Under the pieces are notes generated by a model. The model did no database searches, was not told the DNA's origin, and worked only from the letters and a program-made list of their open reading frames with translations. Below are positions 63,256 through 64,000 of a DNA stretch of 64,000 bases, in pieces; the first letter of the stretch is position 1; every line of letters begins with the position of its first letter. The position numbers and the translations under genes were made by a program. Source of the stretch: Magallana gigas (lineage: Eukaryota); NCBI RefSeq assembly GCF_963853765.1, contig NC_088857.1:32054001-32118000 (forward strand). The letters are read 5' to 3'.

Positions 63256-63463
63256 GTATGTGATCTATCTGAAAGGAAGCTCTTATAATCTTGATTGTAG
63301 GTTAAATGATTTTAGAAGGATAATGACTTCTGTTCTTGTAAAGCATTTTTACACTTGCTACTTTTCATGCATAAGTTATGATTTTATTCATACATGTTTC
63401 TTATCTGAAAAAAAATTACAGTCTTTTATAAAATATTAGATAGTACATATTATATTAAAGGTT

Positions 63464-63465
<2 letters not shown>

Positions 63466-63535
<70 letters not shown>
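63466..63535. repeat. (GA)n microsatellite
   Basis: Read directly. Confidence 0.97.
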
Positions 63536-63539
<4 letters not shown>

Positions 63540-63795
63540 TGGATGAATTCAAAATATATTTTGTTGAAATATGCATTTTACATGTTACTTAACCAACTTT
63601 TATTTGAAAAGACCTATTTTGCAATTTACCAGATAGAAACTGGTCTGTACATAGCAACTAATTTTCACAATCAATTAGCCTTATCCACACCTTTGTTGTT
63701 ATTACTCTTACATGGTAAGGACTGGTTTGTGGCTAGAAATATATATGTGATGACAAGGCTCTTGCAAACCATGCAAAAAGATTCTTACATGCAAA

Positions 63796-64000
63796 TACCG
63801 TATATCCGGTAATTTTTGCGATAATATAATTTTCGCTTTTTTCGCAACCTCTTTTAAATCGCAAATAATTAAATATGCAGAAATTATGTCCTGTGTCATT
63901 TTCCATAAGAAAGTTTTCAAATCACAAAAAATTACTGAGGCATATTAAAAATTTTTCAGATTTCCCCCCTTTTCGCAAATTTTATGACGCAAAAAAACCC
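63796..64000. mobile_element. TA-flanked MITE (family of 16801-17019), cut by the window edge
   Basis: Begins TACCGTATATCC; colinear with the 16.8-kb copy. Confidence 0.8.

Overview
AT-rich, intron-dense animal genomic DNA, most likely an oyster (Crassostrea/Magallana). That assignment is inferred from a 166-bp satellite carried inside Helentron-type elements. Gene models were built by hand from GT-AG sites with consistent intron phase. In order: MSH6 (-, 26 exons in the window, runs off the left edge); a small secreted single-EGF protein (-); ADHFE1/HOT (-, 14 exons); head-to-head with it, a 468-aa multi-pass membrane protein with gustatory-receptor-like (7TMIC) architecture (+); RPL7 (-, 6 exons); a divergent Ro60/TROVE-domain gene with a degenerate MIDAS motif (+); an ELOVL4-like elongase (-); and the first coding exon of a possible second elongase (+, at the right edge). 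The strongest novel-looking signal is in the elongase, which has two paralogous phase-0 exons for its last two TM helices. They are only 44 nt apart, i.e. sterically enforced mutually exclusive exons in the region that tunes product chain length in other elongases. Introns and intergenic DNA contain three Helentron-type elements (one with a ~13-copy satellite array, one carrying a nested solo LTR and a MITE), many TA-flanked MITEs, small foldback elements with 9-bp TSDs, LINE 3' fragments, microsatellites and a 132-N gap. There is no CRISPR array and no prokaryote-type system. No database searches were run; family assignments come from recalled motifs.
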